Positions 30,362-40,290 of a DNA stretch of 64,000 nucleotides are shown one piece after another. Positions within the stretch are counted from its first letter, which is position 1. The number at the start of each line of letters is the position of its first letter. The position numbers and the translations under genes were made by a program. The notes under the pieces were generated by a model. The model did not search any database and had not been told where the DNA came from. It worked only from the letters and a program-made list of their open reading frames with translations. The stretch is from positions 16,340-80,339 of the forward strand of contig WBUR01000003.1 in assembly GCA_008933615.1 (NCBI GenBank). Direction: 5' to 3'. The stretch is from a bacterium (lineage in GTDB: Bacteria > CLD3 > SB21).

Positions 30362-33067
30362 ATGATGAATCCCCTACTTCTGACTCTTGGTTTGTCTGCC
30401 ATGATATCGGTATCTGCTATGGATTCCGCTTTGATTTCCAATCCACTGCCCGTTGCCAGTCCGCCGACAGTAAGTACTGAATTACAAGATACAGTATTAG
30501 ACAAGAATTTTGGCTCTGTTTTCATATCCTATCTGTTCGATAATTTTACAAAACCAGGCGGCTTTCCTCCTTCACCGCCTTCACCGTTCAGCGTTACTGC
30601 TTTAATGCCAGGCATTATACCATTCATTTCCAATGACAGCCTGTACCTGATAGATTCTTTGAATTTCGTCGGAACCGTATTAATTCGAGTTACAGCCAGC
30701 GATGGAATTGATTCTGTCGCGGACACTTTTCAGGTTGTTGTAAGGGAAACGGCTCCGTCAGTCAATCACGCAATTTCGGACACGTCATTTATGGAAGATG
30801 CGGGCAGTGTAACCATAGCAGAGAATCTCGATTCTGTTTTTCAGGATGCTGACTCACCGGAACTTTTCTATTCAGTCATTGTTGTCGGAAACGGCATTAC
30901 TTCTGAGATCATCAATGACAAGCTCTTGCAGATTACGACCAAACCCGATTCGTTCGGCGTATATCAACTGATCGTGACGGCTACCGATGAACTGTCTCAG
31001 TCAGTCAGCGACACGGCGATGATCACTATCATTCCGGTGAATGATCCGCCGCGCATGGTTGTCCAACTGCCAGATGGATCAATCGGTGAAGACTTCGGAA
31101 AACTATTTATTGCAAAGATGGCAAATATATTTCGGGATCCAGATAATGACCTGTTAAATTTCTCAACTTCTACATCGATTCCAGCTAAACTCGCTTCATT
31201 GGTATCGGGAGACAGTTTATATGTCATATCAGTGAAGGACTCCAACGGCGTGGTGGACGTATATGTTTCCGCAACGGATCCTTCAATTGAAACAGCCCGT
31301 GATACTTTCAGGTTGACAGTCAATCCGATCAGCGATCCACCGCATGTATTTCAACAACTGCCGGACACAACCTTTTCGCAGGACTTTGGAAGGGCGTACG
31401 TGGCTAAACTTGAAAACTATTTCAAAGATATTGATAATGCCGTGTTGATCTATTCCGCTTACTCGCTGTCTGACGGAGTTTTTTCTGAGATATCAAATGA
31501 TAGTTTGTATTTGAATAGCCAATCTTACTTTTTTGGAAATGTTCAAATTGTTGTGGATGCATCGGACGGAGACGGGTCCATTACAGATACATTTTCTGTG
31601 ACCATAACTAATATCAACGACGCTCCGGTCAACTTGAATATTTTTACAGAACTGACGATTCCTGAAGACACAACCGCATTCTTGATTGGCGATATGAAAG
31701 ATAATTTCATAGATCCCGACAATGACCCGGTAGATTTCATCGCCCAAAGTTCAGATAGTTCCAGGCTATCAGTATGGATATCCAACGACAGCCTTTATGC
31801 CGTTCCGGAAAAAGATTCTTCAGGCGTAGTTCAACTATTTTTATCGGCAACCGATACGTTCTCTGCCGTGACGCGCGACACTTTTCTAATTACTATAAAT
31901 CCTGTGAATGATCCGCCGCGAGTTATGTCGGCAATTCGTGACACATCGCTGTTGCAAAATTTCGGTAAAGTATTTATCCGTACATTATCTTCGGTTTTCA
32001 TAGATATTGACAGTCCGTCGCTAACCTATACGGTGGATAGTTTATCATCTGGCGTTTCACGTCAAATTTCTTCAGACAGTTTGTATATCAAAAGTATACC
32101 GGGCTTCTTTGGCGTAATAAATTTCAAAGTAACGGCAAGCGATGGAAGCTTGTCCGTATCGGATACGTTTAAAGTCATTGTTAACGATATTACCGGCCCG
32201 CAGGCCTTCGTCAATGCTTTGGCATCGCCGGTATTAAATGTTGTTCGGTTCGTAGCGGGCGCAGACGAAAATCTCAGCGCGCTATCGCTCACGGCCAATA
32301 GCGTTCTCGTTACGATGACCAAACAGGGCAGCGTTTATTTTGGTGATTATAATCTCACGTCAGCAGGAAACCTTGTTGTATCGGTGTCGGCAACCGATGT
32401 ATCAGGGAATCAGGACACGGTCAATCGGCAATACCAGGTTTCTTTGCTTAACAAACCGGCCTCATTCGGGAAGTACCATTTCACGGGTTCAACCGGCGGC
32501 TACCTACTGGTAAGCAATGGCGAAAATGTCGCTGCACCGTCGGGCTGGATTAGATACGGCGACAATATTGAGGTAATCATCACAGGACTTCAAACAAACT
32601 TACAAATTGCCGCAACGTATGAAAGTTCACTATCGATAGATGATGAACCAAAAATCGGATTGTATGAATTGGTCAACGGGGAATGGAATTATCTCGGTGG
32701 AGAAGGCCTCGGCGGCAAAGTGGTTACGCAAGTGCAAAAGGGCGGACAATATGCCGTTTTCTATAATCCCGACCACGTGGTAATTCCGCGTGAATTTATT
32801 CTAAGTCAGAATTATCCTAATCCGTTTAACCCGTCTACGACGATCCGGTATGACATTCCGGTCGAATCGCGCGTGACGATCAAGATCTATAATTTGCTCG
32901 GGCAGGAAGTAAAAACATTAGTCAACGGCGTAAAAGGAATAGGGCGTTATGAAATTCAATGGAACGGAAGAAATGAATTAGGTAACAGTGTTGCAAGCGG
33001 CATTTATTTATATCGCCTGCAGACAAATAAATTTGTCCAAACTAGAAAAATGGTGCTTATAAAATGA
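30362..33067 (+). CDS. large secreted adhesin-like protein with tandem cadherin-like repeats and C-terminal T9SS (Por) sorting domain
   Basis: Signal peptide. At least six repeats ending in VNDPP/INDAP (ISNDSLY...TASDG...DTF.V.V.PVNDPP). C-terminal tail NYPNPFNPSTTIRYDIP...GIYLYRLQ, typical of the T9SS C-terminal domain. Confidence 0.75.
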   Translation: MMNPLLLTLGLSAMISVSAMDSALISNPLPVASPPTVSTELQDTVLDKNFGSVFISYLFDNFTKPGGFPPSPPSPFSVTALMPGIIPFISNDSLYLIDSLNFVGTVLIRVTASDGIDSVADTFQVVVRETAPSVNHAISDTSFMEDAGSVTIAENLDSVFQDADSPELFYSVIVVGNGITSEIINDKLLQITTKPDSFGVYQLIVTATDELSQSVSDTAMITIIPVNDPPRMVVQLPDGSIGEDFGKLFIAKMANIFRDPDNDLLNFSTSTSIPAKLASLVSGDSLYVISVKDSNGVVDVYVSATDPSIETARDTFRLTVNPISDPPHVFQQLPDTTFSQDFGRAYVAKLENYFKDIDNAVLIYSAYSLSDGVFSEISNDSLYLNSQSYFFGNVQIVVDASDGDGSITDTFSVTITNINDAPVNLNIFTELTIPEDTTAFLIGDMKDNFIDPDNDPVDFIAQSSDSSRLSVWISNDSLYAVPEKDSSGVVQLFLSATDTFSAVTRDTFLITINPVNDPPRVMSAIRDTSLLQNFGKVFIRTLSSVFIDIDSPSLTYTVDSLSSGVSRQISSDSLYIKSIPGFFGVINFKVTASDGSLSVSDTFKVIVNDITGPQAFVNALASPVLNVVRFVAGADENLSALSLTANSVLVTMTKQGSVYFGDYNLTSAGNLVVSVSATDVSGNQDTVNRQYQVSLLNKPASFGKYHFTGSTGGYLLVSNGENVAAPSGWIRYGDNIEVIITGLQTNLQIAATYESSLSIDDEPKIGLYELVNGEWNYLGGEGLGGKVVTQVQKGGQYAVFYNPDHVVIPREFILSQNYPNPFNPSTTIRYDIPVESRVTIKIYNLLGQEVKTLVNGVKGIGRYEIQWNGRNELGNSVASGIYLYRLQTNKFVQTRKMVLIK

Positions 33068-33123
33068 TCGAACGCAGATCCTTAACAAAATAGTTAATCA
33101 ACAATCTAATAGCGAAAGTCCGT

Positions 33124-33690
33124 ATGAAAATAAATGCTCTTTGGTTTATCATGTTAACTGCATTTTGGATCAACGGTTGCCCCAATGGCAGTAAGAAAGA
33201 CGTGAGCCTGACACAGGCAAAGAATGTTTTTAAAAGCGGTGATTATGAAGCCGCTCTCGTTTTATACGAAGATCTGATCGAGACGGAAGGCTCTGCTGCG
33301 CGTATCGGGGCCGCGTGGTGTTATATCCGGTTAAATGATTATGCAACGGCGAATACCTATTTCTCGTTATCGGCTGACGATTCTTTGGTGGACGGATATG
33401 CAGGGTGGACTTTTACGGCGTGGGCGGCGAATAGTCCGCAGGTGGCAATTGAAAGGGCAAATTTTGTTCTGAGAAAAAACGCTGCCTACGCGCTTTCTTT
33501 AGATTCACGAGTTAACGCAAATCATTTAATTTGGATTCAGGCAAGCAGCTACTTTCAGTTGGGAAACTATACGGCGAGTGTGGAAAAAATTAAATTACTC
33601 GACGCCTCTTTTAATCCGAACCTAAACGCAGAGAATATTAGTCAGTTGATTGCAGAAAAATTGCAGGTTCTGGGGGCCGTGCATTTTTGA
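33124..33690 (+). CDS. TPR-like lipoprotein
   Basis: Signal peptide with Cys (FWINGCPNG). Helical repeat composition. Confidence 0.45.
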   Translation: MKINALWFIMLTAFWINGCPNGSKKDVSLTQAKNVFKSGDYEAALVLYEDLIETEGSAARIGAAWCYIRLNDYATANTYFSLSADDSLVDGYAGWTFTAWAANSPQVAIERANFVLRKNAAYALSLDSRVNANHLIWIQASSYFQLGNYTASVEKIKLLDASFNPNLNAENISQLIAEKLQVLGAVHF

Positions 33691-33696
33691 TATTGG

Positions 33697-34164
33697 CTAT
33701 TTTTTCGGAAACAGCAGGCGTACGTCAATATTGGCTTCATCTACATCGTAGCAGTCTTTATCGCAGTAATCATCAGTATCAACCGACAAATCGTCTCCAT
33801 CGATCGCGATCACCGTGTCTCCGTCTTTTTGTATATATTTCGCGACTACGGAATAATACTGATCTACAGGCAATTCATAGGTTGCGCCCGAGCCGGTCAG
33901 CGTATCGAGGAGGACAAGGTCATTCTTCTCAAAGTCCCCTCTGAAAACAGCTATCGGAACCTGTAAATTCTTTCCGTTGATTGTGGAGCGAATAATTACC
34001 TGCCCGGTCGTCGGCCTGACGTCGACGCAGCCGAACGGCGCCGGCTCGCAATCTTCGTCGTTGTCAGTCCAAAAGTCACATCCATTTATGACCGCCGCTA
34101 ATAAAACAAACAAAAAAAGTCCGTCTGTCAAAACAGTTTTTCTAATATGATAATAGATTGTCAT
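33697..34164 (-). CDS. small lipoprotein of unknown function
   Basis: Lipobox AVINGCD. Asp-rich. Its start abuts the stop of the upstream beta-barrel gene on this strand. Confidence 0.4.
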   Translation of the reverse strand: MTIYYHIRKTVLTDGLFLFVLLAAVINGCDFWTDNDEDCEPAPFGCVDVRPTTGQVIIRSTINGKNLQVPIAVFRGDFEKNDLVLLDTLTGSGATYELPVDQYYSVVAKYIQKDGDTVIAIDGDDLSVDTDDYCDKDCYDVDEANIDVRLLFPKK

Positions 34165-34760
34165 TATAGCTGACCTCCGATAGCGAGATAGATGCGATGG
34201 CCTGCGCTGGTTCTATTATCAACGTATTGATAGCCGGAACGGAGAAAAACAAAACGTGAGAACTTATAAGAAAATCCCGCATTGATCACAGGCGTAAGGC
34301 CTTCTTTTTTTTCTATTTGATGTCCCTCCCACACGCCTTCGCCGGTTCCGCTGTAATCTACGAAAGTAACACCCAATCCGGCCGACAGAAAAGCATCCAT
34401 TCGATTATTGATCCACCATTTTTTGTCAAGTCCTGTTGCAATGATAAAACGGTATTCTTTTAATTGAAAAAAATAGTGGGGCTCGGATTTTACCAAGACG
34501 GCTTTTTTGTAGGGGCGGCCATAGAAAGATCCAAAAGCGCCGAGAAATTTGTCTCCGTTGACGGAATATCGGTACGTTATGCCGAGAGACAGATCGCCGT
34601 CATCAAGGACACCGAACGGCATTTCGAAATAGGCGGAATGCTTATGACTCTTTTCGTACGTCATGGCTCCGCCGCGGTCGAACTGAGCTTTGGCCGTAGA
34701 AGAAAAAATGAGAAAAAAAAGCAGGAACGAAAAGGTTTTATTCAAGATGCGTGTTATCAT
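34164..34760 (-). CDS. outer-membrane beta-barrel protein (OmpW/OmpA-like small barrel)
   Basis: Signal peptide. Alternating hydrophobic beta-strand pattern with aromatic-rich strands. Start overlaps the fbaB stop by 4 nt. Confidence 0.45.
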   Translation of the reverse strand: MITRILNKTFSFLLFFLIFSSTAKAQFDRGGAMTYEKSHKHSAYFEMPFGVLDDGDLSLGITYRYSVNGDKFLGAFGSFYGRPYKKAVLVKSEPHYFFQLKEYRFIIATGLDKKWWINNRMDAFLSAGLGVTFVDYSGTGEGVWEGHQIEKKEGLTPVINAGFSYKFSRFVFLRSGYQYVDNRTSAGHRIYLAIGGQL

Positions 34761-35827
34761 GCGACTGTAATTTCTTTTTCTAAATAAACATCCTGGATCG
34801 TATTAAGTAATTTGACTCCCTCGGTCATTGGTTTCTGAAACGCCTTACGTCCGGAGATCAGGCCCATACCACCCGCGCGCTTATTGATCACGGCCGTTTT
34901 GACGGCCTCGGCCATATCGCTCGCGCCTTTGGATTCTCCGCCGGAATTGATAAGACCTGCGCGGCCCATATAACAATTAGCTACCTGATACCGTGTGAGA
35001 TCGATCGGATGTTCGGTGGTCAGTTCAGTATAAATTTTTTCGCTGGTCTTGCCGTACGGATTATCCTTTGACGAAATGGCCTTATATCCGCCGTTATTCG
35101 TCGGTAATTTTTGTTTTATGATATCCGCTTGTATGGTCACGCCGAGATGATTCGCCTGTCCGGTTAGATCGGCGGAAGTATGATAATCTTTTTCAGCCGT
35201 CTTGAAGGCATTGTTGCGCGTGTAACACCAAAGAATGGTTGCCATCCCGAGTTCATGTGCGTATGAAAAGGCTTCACTCACCTCCTGAATTTGCCGCGTA
35301 GATTCTGCCGAGCCAAAATAGATAGTTGCTCCGACGGCCGCGGCGCCCATATCCCAGCACTGTTTCACGGACCCAAACATGATCTGGTCGTATTTATTGG
35401 GGTAGCTAAGGAATTCATTATGATTAATTTTAACGACAAACGGGATCTTGTGCGCATATTTGCGCGCGCAGGAACCCAACACACCGAATGTGGAAGCCAC
35501 AGCATTACAGCCGCCTTCGATGGCGAGCTTAACAATATTTTCAGAATCAAAATATATCGGATTGGGAGCAAAGGATGATCCCGCCGAGTGTTCAATTCCC
35601 TGATCTACAGGAAGAATGGACAAATACCCTGATCCGGCAAGGCGTCCGTTATTGAAAAGCGCTTGAAGATTTCGCAATACCTGCGGATTACGGTCGCTGT
35701 CTTTCCAAATGAGGTCAACAAAATTGGGCCCAGGAATATGTAATTGGTCTTTTGAAATACCTTTGCATTGGTGTTTAAGCAGGTGATCGGCGTCAGAGCC
35801 CATCAAATCCAGTAGATTTTTTAGCAT
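34757..35827 (-). CDS. fbaB: class I fructose-bisphosphate aldolase (DhnA/FbaB type)
   Basis: Strong collinear similarity to E. coli FbaB as I recall it (DADHLL.H.C.GI..DQL.IPG; [30 protein letters not shown]; [15 protein letters not shown]; [17 protein letters not shown]). Confidence 0.85.
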   Translation of the reverse strand: MLKNLLDLMGSDADHLLKHQCKGISKDQLHIPGPNFVDLIWKDSDRNPQVLRNLQALFNNGRLAGSGYLSILPVDQGIEHSAGSSFAPNPIYFDSENIVKLAIEGGCNAVASTFGVLGSCARKYAHKIPFVVKINHNEFLSYPNKYDQIMFGSVKQCWDMGAAAVGATIYFGSAESTRQIQEVSEAFSYAHELGMATILWCYTRNNAFKTAEKDYHTSADLTGQANHLGVTIQADIIKQKLPTNNGGYKAISSKDNPYGKTSEKIYTELTTEHPIDLTRYQVANCYMGRAGLINSGGESKGASDMAEAVKTAVINKRAGGMGLISGRKAFQKPMTEGVKLLNTIQDVYLEKEITVA

Positions 35828-35905
35828 GATAATTACCTCAGTTTATTTTAAAAGTACATCTGTTTTTTTTATACGCAGCTAATGTAAAGAAAAAAGCATG
35901 TTTCT

Positions 35906-37162
35906 TCAACGACTAATTTTTTTGATTTCGACCTCGGATTTGCCGTCGTAAAATTCAATCACAGCAGGTTCTTTTTCTGCAAGTTCGCGCAAGCTCTGGA
36001 CAACCTTATTGTGCTGATGGGTGATGGTGTAGCCTCTTTGCAGCGTATTTCTAGGATTTAATGTGCGGAGCTGATCTTCAAAATGCTTTAGGTTTTGGCC
36101 GTATAATCTTATGTGATGAATTACCTGCCGCGACATTCGCCGTTCCAGGCCGTCCGCCTGCTGGCGGTATTGTTCGACGATATTTTCAGGACGCCGGAAC
36201 GCATAACGTTCTTCATAATGTTTAAGCCGGTCACGGTAATATCCGATCGTGTTTTCAATATTCTGAATGAGTGTGTACCGAAGGTTTGCTAATTGCTGTT
36301 CAACTTCCGATTTATCCGGCACGGCAATTTCAGCCGCGGCGGACGGCGTTGCGGCGCGTACGTCGGCAACAAAGTCCGCAATTGTAAAATCTATTTCATG
36401 CCCCACAGCGCTAATGGTAGGAATGGAGCAATGGTAGATAGCCCTTGCTACTTTTTCATCGTTAAAAGCCCACAAATCTTCGATCGATCCGCCACCGCGT
36501 CCGATAATAAGCACATCGACATTATTGTAACTATCAAAATCTTTGATGGCGCGAACGATCTCTTCAACTGCGCCGTCCCCCTGAACCTTGACGGGCGAAA
36601 GGATGAGTTGAACCGATGGCATTCGCCGTCGGCACACACTTACAATATCGCGAATAGCCGCCCCGGTTGGTGAACTGATAATGCCGACGGTCTCAGGAAA
36701 CCCTGGAATTGGTTTTTTATGCTTTTCGCTGAACAGGCCTTCAGCAAATAGTTTTTTCTTTAATTGTTCAAACGCTAATTGTAATTCTCCGATACCTTCC
36801 GGCTGAATGTCCAACACCGTGATCTGATAATACCCGCCTTTTTCGTACAAGGACAATTTTCCCCGGACTAAGAATTTCATGCCTTCATTAAGTGAAAAGG
36901 TCATTTGTTGTGCCTGGGATCGCCAGATAACGCATTTGATCTGAGCCAGTTCATCCTTGAGCGTAAAATAAATATGGCCGGATGAGTGGCGGGTGAGATT
37001 GGAGGCTTCACCGCGAACGACCAGTGAGGGAAAACTTTCTTCTATGAGAAACTTAATGTGGCGGGTGATTTCAACGACAGAATAAATCTTAATTTCTGAA
37101 GAGTCGGGTTCATCATCGTCTTTAGTCTGCCGTGGCGATGATGAAAAAAGATCCATGGTCAT
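35906..37162 (-). CDS. xseA: exodeoxyribonuclease VII large subunit
   Basis: OB-fold N-terminus (VRGEASNLTRHSSGHIYFTLKD), catalytic central domain (IGRGGGSIEDLWAFNDE) and C-terminal coiled coil. 418 aa. Confidence 0.85.
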   Translation of the reverse strand: MTMDLFSSSPRQTKDDDEPDSSEIKIYSVVEITRHIKFLIEESFPSLVVRGEASNLTRHSSGHIYFTLKDELAQIKCVIWRSQAQQMTFSLNEGMKFLVRGKLSLYEKGGYYQITVLDIQPEGIGELQLAFEQLKKKLFAEGLFSEKHKKPIPGFPETVGIISSPTGAAIRDIVSVCRRRMPSVQLILSPVKVQGDGAVEEIVRAIKDFDSYNNVDVLIIGRGGGSIEDLWAFNDEKVARAIYHCSIPTISAVGHEIDFTIADFVADVRAATPSAAAEIAVPDKSEVEQQLANLRYTLIQNIENTIGYYRDRLKHYEERYAFRRPENIVEQYRQQADGLERRMSRQVIHHIRLYGQNLKHFEDQLRTLNPRNTLQRGYTITHQHNKVVQSLRELAEKEPAVIEFYDGKSEVEIKKISR

Positions 37163-37182
37163 GAGCTAATACTTTCTTTGGA

Positions 37183-37866
37183 TCACTTCCATTTGAATAG
37201 GATGGAGCATCCTAAATTTACAAAAAGACCGTTGATCTCCGAAGAGGAACTGCTGCGAAAAGGGGAGCCCATGATACCGGCTCCGATTTGGGGTTTAATA
37301 GCGTATCGATCAGAGAGCTTAAACTTGTAGCCTGCGATAAGGAAAACGGAAAAAGTTTTTAAATTTCCGGACTTATTATTAACAATGATCGCGCTGTCGG
37401 GCGTAACTTCTTCTATCGATGAAGCAATGCCCTTCTTAAAATAATAATTTCCCGAAGCACCAACCGCCCAATAGGGTCCTTCTTTGTAGCTGTTTATATA
37501 GTTGTTGAGCACAACAGCGCCGCCAACGCCATTAATCCATTGCGTTTTCAAACGCGCCGTAATTTCATCCGATTCGATTTTACTGTAACGCGAAGCAAAT
37601 CCTCCGATGAGTGAAAACGTGCTTTTCGACGAACTGCCCGTTTTATTTTTCATCGTCATTTCCCATTCAATGCCGGATATGTTGTTAAACTGCACAACGG
37701 GTCCGATGAAATGCTGGGTTTTGAAATTTGACGGCTGTGCCGGCGTTCTTTTTTTTCTTACCTGCGCCTGCGTCGAATCGGCTGCGAATACTATTAATAA
37801 AACGAACAAGACATATTTCAAAGCAGACTCCATTCTTCCGGTATTGGTTGTGTTACTTATTTTCAT
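37183..37866 (-). CDS. outer-membrane beta-barrel protein
   Basis: Signal peptide (start possibly at internal MESALKYVLFVLL...). Alternating beta-strand pattern. C-terminal aromatic residues. Confidence 0.4.
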   Translation of the reverse strand: MKISNTTNTGRMESALKYVLFVLLIVFAADSTQAQVRKKRTPAQPSNFKTQHFIGPVVQFNNISGIEWEMTMKNKTGSSSKSTFSLIGGFASRYSKIESDEITARLKTQWINGVGGAVVLNNYINSYKEGPYWAVGASGNYYFKKGIASSIEEVTPDSAIIVNNKSGNLKTFSVFLIAGYKFKLSDRYAIKPQIGAGIMGSPFRSSSSSEINGLFVNLGCSILFKWK

Positions 37867-38536
37867 ATTTTTTTAATTGATAACCTTTCGGCATTTCCTG
37901 TTTAAACACCTCGTCTTTAATTTTTCCGTTAACTTTGAGATCTGTAAATTCCCAAATCGTGATATCCCCGTCGTTTTCATAGAGCTCTGCGCCATACGGG
38001 AGCCACAGATCGTCACGAACATAGATGACAATTTTCTCAAGCTTATTGTAGAGCTTGCTGTTTTTCAAGGGCGTCATTTGCATTCGATAGGAACCGAATT
38101 TTTTTTGAATCTCTCTGGCTGAAACCTTGATGTCAAACGTGTTATCCAGGCCGTCTAATGAGCCCCCAAATCCCATAATATATTGGCTGAAATTCAGTTC
38201 TTTTTCATTAGTAACGGTAACGCTTTTATTTTTGTGATTTATGATCCAGATTTCATTATTATTAATGATGTATTGATTTTCATCATTGGAGGATGGATCC
38301 AGAACATATTTACCCGGTTTCATGTAAAAGAAATCAGCTTTGCTGACCACTTCTTTTTCCATGAAAGAAGAAATTTTACGTTGTTTCATTTTCGCCTGGA
38401 GTGTTGCGGTGGTCTCGTTGGCCGACTTCATGTTCTTCATCACGTGTTTTTTTTCTTCGTCGCCGGCTCGGGCCGGTTTGGAAGCTCCTAAGACCAAGGC
38501 TGTAATTACAAAATACATTATACAGGAACGAAACAT
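37853..38536 (-). CDS. LolA-like outer-membrane lipoprotein-sorting / periplasmic carrier-fold protein
   Basis: Signal peptide. Size and beta-rich composition fit the LolA-like fold family. Weak call. Confidence 0.4.
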   Translation of the reverse strand: MFRSCIMYFVITALVLGASKPARAGDEEKKHVMKNMKSANETTATLQAKMKQRKISSFMEKEVVSKADFFYMKPGKYVLDPSSNDENQYIINNNEIWIINHKNKSVTVTNEKELNFSQYIMGFGGSLDGLDNTFDIKVSAREIQKKFGSYRMQMTPLKNSKLYNKLEKIVIYVRDDLWLPYGAELYENDGDITIWEFTDLKVNGKIKDEVFKQEMPKGYQLKKYENK

Positions 38537-38793
38537 ATTGTTAACTTTCTTTTTTTGTACGAAATAACCTGACCTGCTCTACGTTTATTTACTCATAATG
38601 TTACGGCGGAACCCGCTTTTTATATACCGCCGAGCCGTAGCGAGTAAATCTTTTCTTTTGCGAAAGTAGCACATTTTTGTTTTTTAATCAACATATAAAA
38701 CCACGATGTATCCGGCGTTTTAAGGTGTTGAATTACATGGATGAAACGTCTAAGTTAATCCACCATTAAAACTAAACCGCTAAGACGGATGAC

Positions 38794-39249
38794 ATGCAAA
38801 TGAAAAAGGAATTTGAGCCCATATCTGATGAACTTCGGGAACAATTAAGCGAGCGTCTGAAACACAGCAACGTGAACAAACTTTTTGGTTATGCGATCGA
38901 AGATATTAAAAAGGATTACTGCAATTTATCGTTGGCTTACAGTGATGTTATTACGAACGGACAGAAAAGCAGAGGCACGATTCATGGGGGAATTGTGGCA
39001 GCGCTTGTAGATACGGCAGCTGCATTTGCGTTGTCAACCGGTTTTGACGGACAGATGAGTTTTGCGACCGTCGATTTGCACATAAATTTTCTTCATCGTG
39101 CACAAAGCAAGGTCTATGCTCATGCAAAAGTTATTCGAAAAGGTTCGCGGCTCAATGTATGCGACGTCGATGTGCTGGACGAAAACGGAAAACACGTTGC
39201 CAAAGCGAGCGTAAATTTTATTCTAACCAAACGAATCGAAGGAAAGTAA
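38794..39249 (+). CDS. hotdog-fold thioesterase, PaaI/MenI type
   Basis: HGGIVAALVDTAAAFA motif and a size of 151 aa, typical of PaaI-family thioesterases. Confidence 0.7.
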   Translation: MQMKKEFEPISDELREQLSERLKHSNVNKLFGYAIEDIKKDYCNLSLAYSDVITNGQKSRGTIHGGIVAALVDTAAAFALSTGFDGQMSFATVDLHINFLHRAQSKVYAHAKVIRKGSRLNVCDVDVLDENGKHVAKASVNFILTKRIEGK

Positions 39250-39292
39250 TTTAGTCACCGATTAATAATTAAATCGGCGATTAAGATACGTT

Positions 39293-40279
39293 ATGCAATT
39301 CCAACTTCCTCCAATCAAAGCATGGTTTATGATCTTCCGCATTTTAGCGGTGGTGGTTTGGGCTGTGATGACGGTTCTTCTCAGTTCGGCGGTCGTGTTT
39401 TATGAAACGGGAAGGATTGATTGGATTAATTTCTTTCTGGTACTGGCTATTGCATCAATCACACAAGGTTTTCCGGCACACATTATTAACGAGATATTCG
39501 ATTGGAAAAGCGGCGCCGACCGGTACAGAAAAATTGGCGAAAAATCGGGCGGAAGCAAAGTGATCAAATCAGGCCTTGCGACCATTCCACAGCTTTGGGT
39601 GATGTTTGTCCTTACATCGGCAATAAGTTTTGCGCTTGTAATTGTATTGTATATGCGTACAGATCCACGAAGTTTATGGTTTTTTGGGGTTGGGTACCTT
39701 GTTTGTATTTTTTATACTCTGCCTCCTCTGAGTTTCGCATACCGGCCATTTGCGGGGGAATGGCTGGGCGGGTTTGCAGGCATTTTGCTGAATATGACGG
39801 GGAATTATTTTGTACAAACCGGTACCGTATCGCCGACGATTTTAGTTTTTTCTATGACGATAGGAATGGTCTATATTGCGATCATGATGTTATTCCATTA
39901 TCTTGATTATGAAAGCGACCGGCATGCGATTCCGATAAAACGAACAACCATAGTGTTCTTAGGACTGCAACGGAGCAAGATGTATGTGCTAATTTTATTA
40001 GCGGCCTCGACCGTATTGTCAGTGGTAATGGCCCTGCAGGTAAGCGTTATATTCACTATGGTAACGCTGAGTAATATCAGCCAATTTGTTTTTCAATTAC
40101 GTTGCGATCCGTCGGATGCGGAGTCTATAATAAAAACAGGGAAATGGCTTACGCTTGAAATGATCACATTTGCAATTCTTTTTTCAATAGTGGTCAACCC
40201 CATTTTTGGATGGGCGACATTTCCGGTGGTGTTGAGTTTTTATCTGCACAAAAAATTCGGTAAACTGAGAACGGTTTAA
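39293..40279 (+). CDS. UbiA-family-like integral membrane prenyltransferase (tentative)
   Basis: Eight or nine TM helices. Asp-rich segments (NEIFDWKSGAD; YLDYESDRH) that could be degenerate NDxxDxxxD / DxxxD motifs. Confidence 0.4.
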   Translation: MQFQLPPIKAWFMIFRILAVVVWAVMTVLLSSAVVFYETGRIDWINFFLVLAIASITQGFPAHIINEIFDWKSGADRYRKIGEKSGGSKVIKSGLATIPQLWVMFVLTSAISFALVIVLYMRTDPRSLWFFGVGYLVCIFYTLPPLSFAYRPFAGEWLGGFAGILLNMTGNYFVQTGTVSPTILVFSMTIGMVYIAIMMLFHYLDYESDRHAIPIKRTTIVFLGLQRSKMYVLILLAASTVLSVVMALQVSVIFTMVTLSNISQFVFQLRCDPSDAESIIKTGKWLTLEMITFAILFSIVVNPIFGWATFPVVLSFYLHKKFGKLRTV

Positions 40280-40290
40280 AAGGAAGTCGT

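Noticed and set aside
33687-33944. 85-aa plus-strand ORF
   Set aside because: It overlaps the minus-strand lipoprotein gene (33697-34164), which has a lipobox and coherent composition. The plus ORF is Arg/Ser-rich with no motif.
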